DNA of 28,628 bases from a virus (taxonomy: Duplodnaviria > Caudoviricetes). Of this stretch, positions 1 through 7,569 are shown in pieces; within the stretch, counting starts at the first letter, position 1; the number at the start of each line of letters is the position of its first letter. The notes beneath the pieces were generated by a model that saw only the letters and a program-made list of their open reading frames with translations, did not search any database and was not told the origin of the DNA. The DNA is taken from the IMG/VR virus record IMGVR_UViG_3300017716_002080, positions 1-28,628 of that record. One strand, 5' to 3'. The translations under genes were made by a program, and so were the position numbers.

Positions 1-231
1 ACTTATATTATTTTCTAAATTTTGAATTCTTCTTTCAAGATACCACTGAGCCTTCTTGAGGTCTTGTAATTCTTTATCGTTATCTTTTTTTCCTGCTCTT
101 GAGATATACTTCACAGTATTCCCCAAATGGAAGTCCAAGTCCCAATTCTCTATCACTTTTATTGCCTCATAAATATTCTCTGACCCTCCGTAATGTTCGG
201 GATGGTTAACCATTTCTTTATTATTTTCCAT
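1..231 (-). CDS. DUF3310 family phage protein, partial (runs off the left edge)
   Basis: Not in the ORF track. Manual translation from ATG at 231 gives MENNKEMVNHPEHYGGSENIYEAIKVIENWDLDFHLGNTVKYISRAGKK...DLKKAQWYLER, matching the VNHPxHY / GNxxKYxxRAGKK / DLxKAxWYL pattern of DUF3310. Confidence 0.88.
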   Translation of the reverse strand, partial: MENNKEMVNHPEHYGGSENIYEAIKVIENWDLDFHLGNTVKYISRAGKKDNDKELQDLKKAQWYLERRIQNLENNIS

Positions 232-1411
232 TTAAGTTAAATTTAAGTTCTTCAGATGGAACATTAGCCTTTGATTCCATCATATCTAATGTTAATTCGT
301 AATTCTCGTCGTTAGTATATTCATCTAACAAATCATTTGTTGACAATGTTCCAAACTTTTCAGATAGTTTGGTTGTATCAACATCATCATACATAACATG
401 CAATGTATCGTCCAAATCTTTTGCTAAATCTAAAGATTCAGAAATTATTTGAAGGACTTTATATGGGTTCGCATTTGACGCTGGTCTTCTGTCTTCAAGA
501 TAACCTTTCCAAGTTTCTCCAACAACTTTTGGAACTCTGATTGATGCACCTCTATCTGATACACCCCAACTGAATTTATCAATCGATTGTGTCTCGTGTT
601 TACCAGTTAATCTCAAATGATTATCTGAACCATAGTTATCAATATGTTCTTTCATTCTTGATTCAAATACTTTGAAGATTGATTTGAAATATTTTTCTCC
701 ACCTGTTTCTCTCATTCGTTTGTTTGAGAAATTTGTGTGAAGACCTGAACCATTCCAATCACCTGATGTTAATGGTTTTGGATGTAATTCAATTTGTAGG
801 TTATGTTTTTCAGCCAATTTATATAGAAAGTATCGTGACATCCATAAGTCATCTGCCGCCTTTATAACACCTTTACCAAATATTTGATACTCCCATTGCC
901 CGATTGCAACTTCCGCATTGGTCCCTTCAATTCCAATACCATATGCCAAACACATATCCAAATGTTCTTCCGTAAATTGTCTACCAAACATTTGTCCACC
1001 AACACCACAATAATAAATTCCTTGGGGGTCGATAATTCCTCCAGTGTGGAATCCTAAAATATTTTTATTGTGTCCGTTACGAATGAAGTATTCTTGTTCA
1101 AATCCAACCCAAAAGTCCTGGTCTTGTTTTAATTTTGCTCTGTCATTTGATTGGTGAGCATTCCCTTTATTATCCATCACCTCACAAAGAACATAAATTG
1201 TTCCTGATAATAAATTACTATATAATCTAGCAGGTTTTAAATAACAATCAGATGAATATCCTTCGGCTTGGTTTGTCGAACTACCATCAAACCCCCATTC
1301 AGGAACATCGGATAAATCGGTAATTGGGTTAACACTAACTCTGACTTTACTTCTTAAATTTGGCTCCGGAGCATATCCATCTAGCCATACATATTCAATT
1401 TTTGTATTCAT
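221..1411 (-). CDS. glnII: Glutamine synthetase type II (GSII-like) with acidic C-terminal extension
   Basis: Motifs EYVWLDG, WGFDGSST, GFEQEY, NAEVAIGQWEYQI, DWNGSGLHTNFS, RLTGKHET, DRGASIRVP and GYLEDRRPASNANPY. Start moved from 1516 to ATG 1411 (MNTKIEY), which avoids overlap with the upstream ORF. Confidence 0.93.
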   Translation of the reverse strand: MNTKIEYVWLDGYAPEPNLRSKVRVSVNPITDLSDVPEWGFDGSSTNQAEGYSSDCYLKPARLYSNLLSGTIYVLCEVMDNKGNAHQSNDRAKLKQDQDFWVGFEQEYFIRNGHNKNILGFHTGGIIDPQGIYYCGVGGQMFGRQFTEEHLDMCLAYGIGIEGTNAEVAIGQWEYQIFGKGVIKAADDLWMSRYFLYKLAEKHNLQIELHPKPLTSGDWNGSGLHTNFSNKRMRETGGEKYFKSIFKVFESRMKEHIDNYGSDNHLRLTGKHETQSIDKFSWGVSDRGASIRVPKVVGETWKGYLEDRRPASNANPYKVLQIISESLDLAKDLDDTLHVMYDDVDTTKLSEKFGTLSTNDLLDEYTNDENYELTLDMMESKANVPSEELKFNLNGK

Positions 1412-1418
1412 ATTATTT

Positions 1419-1610
1419 TTAAAATTTTTTTGTAACATAATAATCTTTTCCGTATTTGGATTCCTCCAAGATATTTTGAGACACCAATTTATCAATAATT
1501 TGAATGGTCTCTTCAATTGGTTTTTGGATTATATACCTTGATATATAATCAATGTGGATTGGTTGTCTTAATTTATTTGATAATAATTTTATAAGTTTTT
1601 CGTCTACCAT
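1419..1610 (-). CDS. Hypothetical protein (63 aa, possibly winged-helix-like)
   Basis: The ORF packs tightly between its neighbours. The fold guess is weak. Confidence 0.7.
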   Translation of the reverse strand: MVDEKLIKLLSNKLRQPIHIDYISRYIIQKPIEETIQIIDKLVSQNILEESKYGKDYYVTKKF

Positions 1611-1613
1611 ATA

Positions 1614-1919
1614 TTAAAATTTATATTTCCACTTTTTTTTCATATAATCAAAATATCTATATCTCTTATTTGGATTATATAAAAACCACTCAACATAATA
1701 ATCAAACCACCATTGAATTTTAAGTGACACTCTTTTTATTTTTAACCATCTTAAAATTTGTTTCGACGATTTACCTTTACTATGTAAATCATAAACATAT
1801 TCACTTAACTCATCTTGGAAATAGAATAATTCTGTCTTACCATAATATTGACTTAATGTGTCCGACTTAAGCGCGGTTAAGGTTTCTTGATAATTAATAA
1901 ATCTTCGATTTAATCCCAT
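1614..1919 (-). CDS. Hypothetical protein
   Basis: 101-aa ORF, co-directional with neighbours and preceded by a promoter-like element. Confidence 0.7.
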   Translation of the reverse strand: MGLNRRFINYQETLTALKSDTLSQYYGKTELFYFQDELSEYVYDLHSKGKSSKQILRWLKIKRVSLKIQWWFDYYVEWFLYNPNKRYRYFDYMKKKWKYKF

Positions 1920-1927
1920 ACTTTAAA

Positions 1928-1956
1928 AGTATAATAAAAAAACAATTAAGAGTCAA
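1928..1956 (-). promoter_or_regulatory. Putative sigma70-type promoter TTGACT-N17-TATACT giving a near-leaderless transcript
   Basis: The minus strand reads TTGACT CTTAATTGTTTTTTTAT TATACT, 8 nt before the ATG at 1919. Confidence 0.55.
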
Positions 1957-2719
1957 AATTTTTTATTTTATCCAAATTTGTTGTTTGATAAATGTAGCTT
2001 ATTACCTTTCTTTTTGTTATAGGAACTAAAGTTTGTTCCATAGGTAAATCTTGATTACATTCCATTTGAAATACTGGAAAAATTTTGACATTTTTTGTTT
2101 TACTAAATGTGGAATGGGTTTCAATCACCGAAGTCAATGTTACCTCCTCAAGAATATTTTCATATATTAATTTAATGGTGTTTTCATTGATTTTCGGGAT
2201 TTTTCGGGATTTTTTGATTTGGTATTCCCATATGTAAACTTTGTTATCTTGTTTCTTATAGAAGAAAATAAAACCAATTCCCAAATGAAGATTATTTTTA
2301 TTCTTTTTTAAGGTGATATCAATATTATCAAATGCGACATTCCATATTGATTTTGCGTGATTGAATACTTCATACAATTTTGTGTTGGAATATTCAATTG
2401 TCTTTTTTAACTCAATAACTTCATCCTCCGAGAGTTTTCTTGGTTTTTTTGGGTATAAGTCCCTTAATAGAATTTCATCATCACATGATTGAAATTTCTT
2501 ATCAGTTAACAATAAAGTATTTTCTTTGTTGAGAGATTGTATATTTGCCAAATGTAATGATAATTCGACAAAATCCGGATAAATTTCAAAATTATTTAAA
2601 CTTTGTTCGCATTTTTGTATGTAACCTAAAAGGGTATATTTGTTATATTCAAAATCCAATGGTTCTTTTAACATCCACTCAGGACTTAATTTGAAATCTA
2701 TTTTTTTCTTTCTTCCCAT
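1946..2719 (-). CDS. Conserved hypothetical protein, resembling an uncharacterised Bacteroidota family
   Basis: 257 aa with N-terminal W..EPLDFEYNKYTLLGYIQ and C-terminal P..QTLVPITKR. The family is recalled from memory, not verified. Confidence 0.75.
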   Translation of the reverse strand: MGRKKKIDFKLSPEWMLKEPLDFEYNKYTLLGYIQKCEQSLNNFEIYPDFVELSLHLANIQSLNKENTLLLTDKKFQSCDDEILLRDLYPKKPRKLSEDEVIELKKTIEYSNTKLYEVFNHAKSIWNVAFDNIDITLKKNKNNLHLGIGFIFFYKKQDNKVYIWEYQIKKSRKIPKINENTIKLIYENILEEVTLTSVIETHSTFSKTKNVKIFPVFQMECNQDLPMEQTLVPITKRKVISYIYQTTNLDKIKNFDS

Positions 2720-2749
2720 AAAAAAATAATAACTAAAGTTTTATAAGAA

Positions 2750-4501
2750 TCAATTGATTCTCATTACATAAAACCATTGGTCTTGAACTTTCTGTTCATC
2801 AGCATTTCCATCATAATTATTTAAAGTGTGAGCATATCCATCAGTATCTATAACATCTTGAATGAACGCTCGTCTATCAATAAAGTTCTCATGGTCTAAC
2901 CCCCAATCTTTAATATAACTTTCAGGGTCATATTTAACATCACGAAGTCTATCTTCAACCGCCTCTTCTATTTTGTCTTCAGGATAATCTCCTTCGGGAC
3001 TTGATTCAATATCAGATATCTCATCATTTAAATCATCAATCTCACCATTTAATTCATCAATGTCACTTTGAATCTCGTCGTCGTCCTCTCCTCCAAATTC
3101 ATCCTCAAGTCTTTTAATTTTCAATTCAATCCTTTCAATTTTTTCTTTTAAAAGAGTTATTTGGTCCTCTTGTTCATTCGATAACATTCTATATTCCTCA
3201 TCAACATAAGCACTAGGTTCATTTGCCGCATCATCTTCAAAAAAATCTCTAAAATAATCAACCACCTCATCTGTGTCAATGTGGCCCATAACAAGACTTT
3301 TATTATAACTTTCATATCCAATATCGTCAATCGATGAGTCAACCATATCGTATGCACTACTTTCCATTTCACTTTCAGTTCCTACCGCATATTCTCTATC
3401 AGTTAATCCCACATCTATTACAATAAATTGAGTTGTATGATAAAATTCTCCATATGGTATTATATTATAAACATCAATTTTGTTTTCAAGTTCAGATAAC
3501 TCATCCTCCAAATCGCTAATTTCATCTAACAAATCTTGTCTAACATCTTCATCATTATCATATTCTTCTTGTAATCTTTCAATTTCAGTTTTAATTCTTT
3601 CCATCTCCACTCGGTCTTCATTTGTAATAATTTCAACATCACCAACTTCATCTAAGAAATTAAGTAGAGCATGTGCCTTCAATCCTTCTTCAGGACAATC
3701 CGGATCTAGTTCCCATTCACCATCAAGTCTTCTTTCTTCAGCTTCATTTCTTTGTCCTTGTAAAATTCTTTGAATTCTTACCCTTTCAAGTCTTTCTTTT
3801 TCTTTTTTAGCGGCTTCTTTGTCTGAGTATATCTTAATCTGTTCAGGATATTCTTTATTTATATAATCATCAACCACATCTAAAATCTCTTTTAATTTAT
3901 TTGTATTCCATAACCAACCGCTTCTTATAACTTCATTTTTAGAGTTATAAAATGTTTTATCACCATCAAACTTTTTTAATAAAGCAACTTTGTAATTAGG
4001 GTCGCTACTTGGAAGAGTTTTATCTATAATGTAAAACAATTTTCCATCTTCGTTATAGCGAACAAATTGTTGATTATTGGTAGCTGTCGTACACCACTTG
4101 GTTCCCTTACCATAATAACAAGAAGAATCCAATGTCAGTGGATTAACTATAAAATATCTACCATCATCATAAACCACATTACCACCATTAACAGGTTTTA
4201 CCTTACGTCTCAATCTTTGTTCATATTCACTTAAGGCCGACAATAATTGTCCAGCACTTTTATATTGATATAAATCTGTTATTGGTAAGTTACTGGAGAT
4301 TTTCTCAAATTTATTCAATGCTTGGGATAATTTCTCTAAATTTTCTTCAAAATTTATAGCATCCAAATTTTTTCCAATCCAATCCAAAAATTTATGAGGA
4401 ACTTTCGAAACTATGTCATTCACATTATTCCCAAATTTTTGAGAATACTTTGATTTGAAATCATCGACTCTACCTTCCTGTATTAATTTTATAAAATCCA
4501 T
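2750..4501 (-). CDS. WCT-motif domain protein with long acidic coiled-coil C-terminus
   Basis: 583 aa. Contains SCYYGKGTKWCTT...YNEDGKLFYIID, and the C-terminal half is very D/E-rich. Confidence 0.88.
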   Translation of the reverse strand: MDFIKLIQEGRVDDFKSKYSQKFGNNVNDIVSKVPHKFLDWIGKNLDAINFEENLEKLSQALNKFEKISSNLPITDLYQYKSAGQLLSALSEYEQRLRRKVKPVNGGNVVYDDGRYFIVNPLTLDSSCYYGKGTKWCTTATNNQQFVRYNEDGKLFYIIDKTLPSSDPNYKVALLKKFDGDKTFYNSKNEVIRSGWLWNTNKLKEILDVVDDYINKEYPEQIKIYSDKEAAKKEKERLERVRIQRILQGQRNEAEERRLDGEWELDPDCPEEGLKAHALLNFLDEVGDVEIITNEDRVEMERIKTEIERLQEEYDNDEDVRQDLLDEISDLEDELSELENKIDVYNIIPYGEFYHTTQFIVIDVGLTDREYAVGTESEMESSAYDMVDSSIDDIGYESYNKSLVMGHIDTDEVVDYFRDFFEDDAANEPSAYVDEEYRMLSNEQEDQITLLKEKIERIELKIKRLEDEFGGEDDDEIQSDIDELNGEIDDLNDEISDIESSPEGDYPEDKIEEAVEDRLRDVKYDPESYIKDWGLDHENFIDRRAFIQDVIDTDGYAHTLNNYDGNADEQKVQDQWFYVMRIN

Positions 4502-4514
4502 TATGTTTTATTTA

Positions 4515-4559
4515 ATAAATATTCATTTATCTGTATATTTCCACAAAGATAATATTTAT
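4515..4559. promoter_or_regulatory. Compact divergent control region: TATTTAT on both strands plus a TAnnTTTG element
   Basis: TATTTAT on minus at 4515-4521, TATCTTTG on minus at 4544-4551, and TATTTAT on plus at 4553-4559, between divergent starts at 4501 and 4597. Confidence 0.55.
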
Positions 4560-4596
4560 TATTAGTTAAGCAAATAAACTATTTAAATCAATTACT

Positions 4597-4752
4597 ATGG
4601 CGTGTGGATGCAAAGGTGGCTCAAATGTTCAGCCAACAACACAACAAACTCAACAAGCACAAATTCAAAAACAACAAACAACTGAAAGTGTTAAGAGTGC
4701 GATTAAAAAAACCGTTGAGAAATATTACAATGTAAATAAAACAACAAAGTAA
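4597..4752 (+). CDS. Small protein with N-terminal CGC motif and Q/T-rich linker (51 aa)
   Basis: Below the ORF-track cutoff: MACGCKGGSNVQPTTQQTQQAQIQKQQTTESVKSAIKKTVEKYYNVNKTTK*. Flanked by an upstream TATTTAT and a downstream terminator. Confidence 0.8.
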   Translation: MACGCKGGSNVQPTTQQTQQAQIQKQQTTESVKSAIKKTVEKYYNVNKTTK

Positions 4753-4772
4753 TTTGTGTTGTAAAAATTTAG

Positions 4773-4800
4773 AAAGGGATAACATTTGTCCCTTTTTTTT
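4773..4800 (+). terminator. Intrinsic terminator
   Basis: AAAGGGATAA-CAT-TTGTCCCTTT hairpin (one U-G pair) running into a T-tract, just after the 4597-4752 gene. Confidence 0.7.
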
Positions 4801-4813
4801 ATATTTATAAATT

Positions 4814-5824
4814 ATGAGTAGAATTAAAGTATTGATTGATAGGTTTAATGAAGGTGAGACTGACTTCATCGAACATATGAATGGTTTTGAGACTTTTTTG
4901 AAAATGGTTGAGAGACAGGATTTAATTAATGAGTTAGATTTTAACCAAATTTATGAAACTGAATATGAAAACGAATATCTAATATTTTTATATAACCATG
5001 AAGATTATAGGGATGAGTTTTGGAGTATTGTAAGTAACTATCTTTCCGATTTAAAAATTGAAAATGGTGTTCCAATCATAGTTGTTAATGAACCCGGAGA
5101 ATTTGCCAATCTATTTTGTGATAGTAGAGATATTAGTACCGACACAATTGGAGCACTTTTAAATGGTGAATATGATAGTCATTCCTATGGTTGGAGTTCT
5201 TATGACTTAACCGACGATGTTTATCGTGATGTAATTGAAGAACTAACCAAAGAAAACTTATTACACCTAAAAGAATATATTATTAAATCGTTAGAAGGTC
5301 AACAAATTGAACCTTATACTGAATTACTTGAAGATTACTCCCAACAACAGGGTCATCCTGAATATGTTATTATTGACCAATCCAATATAGACCAAGTGGT
5401 TGATAATTCAGAGACCATGAAAGAATTAATGGATAATGAACTTTATGAATTAAAAAGTGAACTATACAGTATCTATAGTTCGGCCTACAATAACGCATAT
5501 GAAGAAGAATTATATGAAGATGTTTGGAATGAGTTGGAAACTTATTTTGAAAAAGGTCAGTGGACTAGTAAACCTCACCTATATAAAGAAAATACTTCAG
5601 TAGAGACCTACGCCGCAAAAGCTAACGATATTGATTCAATTATTTTAGATTTTTTAAAAGAAAATAAAGGTCGGTATGGTGCATATGGTTCATTGGAATA
5701 TTATGGTTCATTAATGGGTATAATCAAAGAAACTAGGGATTGCTTAAATTTTTATCCTTCTGACTATCCTGATTCGAGGTTAGTTGATAAGAACATCAAT
5801 ATGTATTTTGGAGATTATATCTAA
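4814..5824 (+). CDS. Acidic hypothetical protein
   Basis: 336-aa ORF rich in D/E/Y, with TATTTAT at 4802-4808 directly upstream. Confidence 0.85.
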   Translation: MSRIKVLIDRFNEGETDFIEHMNGFETFLKMVERQDLINELDFNQIYETEYENEYLIFLYNHEDYRDEFWSIVSNYLSDLKIENGVPIIVVNEPGEFANLFCDSRDISTDTIGALLNGEYDSHSYGWSSYDLTDDVYRDVIEELTKENLLHLKEYIIKSLEGQQIEPYTELLEDYSQQQGHPEYVIIDQSNIDQVVDNSETMKELMDNELYELKSELYSIYSSAYNNAYEEELYEDVWNELETYFEKGQWTSKPHLYKENTSVETYAAKANDIDSIILDFLKENKGRYGAYGSLEYYGSLMGIIKETRDCLNFYPSDYPDSRLVDKNINMYFGDYI

Positions 5825-5852
5825 AACTATTCACTTTTTCTTTTTTTTCAGG

Positions 5853-5860
5853 TAATTTTG
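5853..5860 (+). promoter_or_regulatory. Bacteroidota-type -7 promoter element (TAnnTTTG)
   Basis: TAATTTTG 18 nt upstream of the ATG at 5879. Confidence 0.55.
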
Positions 5861-5878
5861 TAACAAAAAAGACAGACA

Positions 5879-6622
5879 ATGATTTTAAAATCACCCTCAA
5901 GTAAAATATCAATTACCAATTTATTTTCAGATTTCATTTTAAGTAAAATACCTATGGATGAACAATCTATAATTCAAGTTATTGATTGTTTAAATTTTTA
6001 TGTGGTTAAAGGTTACACAACCTATAATGAACCATTAAACTTATCTGAGATTAAAGATGAGTTTATTTCAAAATTTGAAGAACAACTAAAAGACACCAAA
6101 TTGACACACACAATTGATTTGATTGAATATGATAGTAAATTACCTTCTCAAAAGTCTTTTACATTTGCATTCCACAATACTAAAAATTGTTCCTATAATC
6201 ATACACAAATTAAATCATTTGAAGAGAACAATACTTTATCATACGATTACCAGTACTATTTAAAAGAAATTGAAGATAATTCAATTAATTGTTCCGAATT
6301 CCCTCACGGATATTCATTGGGTCAAGGTAGGTTACATTATTATTATGGTAAACATATTTTTTACAATATACCTCCATCATATCCTGTTAATACTTTAGTA
6401 TTCACTTTATTAAATGAAGAGAATGAAGATTTAATATTAATTAAAAATACTTCAGGTAAAATAGATGAAGTTTTAACATCCGCAGTTTTAGATGTATTTG
6501 ACTTTGATATGTCTTGGTTAGAACAGGAACTAAAAAAAGTGGATTGGTATATTGAATTAACCGACCCACTTTTAGAATACAACTTCCTTAAAAAGAAGGT
6601 TGATGATTTTATAATCTTTTAG
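5879..6622 (+). CDS. Hypothetical protein; candidate degenerate S-adenosylmethionine synthetase (MetK)-like
   Basis: 247 aa. SDFIL...D..S...VVKGYTT resembles the MetK N-domain, and G....GR..YYYGKHIFYN and L.SAVLDVFDF resemble the C-domain. Catalytic motifs are absent. The CDS is solid; the family call is tentative. Confidence 0.6.
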   Translation: MILKSPSSKISITNLFSDFILSKIPMDEQSIIQVIDCLNFYVVKGYTTYNEPLNLSEIKDEFISKFEEQLKDTKLTHTIDLIEYDSKLPSQKSFTFAFHNTKNCSYNHTQIKSFEENNTLSYDYQYYLKEIEDNSINCSEFPHGYSLGQGRLHYYYGKHIFYNIPPSYPVNTLVFTLLNEENEDLILIKNTSGKIDEVLTSAVLDVFDFDMSWLEQELKKVDWYIELTDPLLEYNFLKKKVDDFIIF

Positions 6623-6918
6623 ATTATTCCCGAATTTTTCATGTGTCCTTTAATGATGTCAACCGCTTCGGTTAACTCATTATAGTTGCGTTCAGGTGCA
6701 TATAGGAATGACTTGTGGTCAACTTCATTACCTTCAATAATCAATAATGATGGTATCATATCGTTATCTGTGACCTCAACAAATAAATCATATTCATCCT
6801 TATATTCATCAATGTCTCGGTCAAAAAACTCAATACCTTCATTGGTTAATATATCTTTGAAATCCACACAGAATGGACATCCTTTCATTGTATAAACAAT
6901 AACACTTAAATCTTTCAT
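6619..6918 (-). CDS. Glutaredoxin-like protein
   Basis: VYTMKGCPFC active site and cis-Pro motif MIP; 99 aa. Confidence 0.88.
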   Translation of the reverse strand: MKDLSVIVYTMKGCPFCVDFKDILTNEGIEFFDRDIDEYKDEYDLFVEVTDNDMIPSLLIIEGNEVDHKSFLYAPERNYNELTEAVDIIKGHMKNSGII

Positions 6919-6920
6919 AG

Positions 6921-7238
6921 TTAATTAAATTTACCAACCATTTCTAATATGGTATCTTCTTGTTTAAGTCCAGCTTCAGAGATAATTTCGTCACCATTCG
7001 AGAATCCTTTTATTGTTGGAATGCTTCTTATACCCAATTCTCTAGCGAATTCTTGATTTAATTCCACATCCATAGTATACATCTGAACATCTGAACCACC
7101 ATTCTTAATTTCTTCAGAAATTTTTTCGAATGTTGGTTTCATCATTTTACATGGTCCACACCATTTTGCATGAAAGTCAATCAATAATTTCTCACCATTG
7201 TTAATTTTTTCTTTTAATATTTCACTTGTAATTTCCAT
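6921..7238 (-). CDS. trxA: Thioredoxin
   Basis: DFHAKWCGPCKMMKP and GIRSIPT; 105 aa. Confidence 0.93.
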   Translation of the reverse strand: MEITSEILKEKINNGEKLLIDFHAKWCGPCKMMKPTFEKISEEIKNGGSDVQMYTMDVELNQEFARELGIRSIPTIKGFSNGDEIISEAGLKQEDTILEMVGKFN

Positions 7239-7241
7239 AAA

Positions 7242-7568
7242 TTAATTTGTTTTTTTATATTCTTTTAATAATTGAGAGATGAATAATTTCAACTCATTTA
7301 ATTGTTTTATGTTGTAATAGATGTTTAAAAAAATATTACCTTCATTACCTATAAATAGAGATAAATAAAATTCTTGTTTAGTTTTATAAATTTTATTATG
7401 TTCTATTACGGACCCATTTTTAACATCCATTGAATTCCTTGAATATACCAGTTCAAAGTCTCTCTTACCAATAAAATTAGGAAAATCAGGCCCTAGTGTT
7501 TCTAATTTTAATAAGGATAAAACTCCTTTTTCATTTTCAATTCTTTCTATAAATTTGTTTGCTTCCAT
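7242..7568 (-). CDS. Hypothetical protein
   Basis: 108-aa ORF with 1-3 nt gaps to both neighbours. Confidence 0.75.
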   Translation of the reverse strand: MEANKFIERIENEKGVLSLLKLETLGPDFPNFIGKRDFELVYSRNSMDVKNGSVIEHNKIYKTKQEFYLSLFIGNEGNIFLNIYYNIKQLNELKLFISQLLKEYKKTN

Positions 7569-7569
7569 A

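Noticed and set aside
1412-1516. N-terminal extension of glutamine synthetase in the ORF track
   Set aside because: It overlaps the 63-aa gene, and the GS motifs begin at MNTKIEY (1411).
3157-3773. Nested ORFs 3157-3372 and 3480-3773, and similar Ser-rich antisense ORFs throughout the window
   Set aside because: These are shadow frames of acidic or Lys-rich genes, with no motifs of their own.
4621-4869. 82-aa minus-strand ORF
   Set aside because: It is antisense to the better supported 4597-4752 gene, its terminator and the 4814 start.
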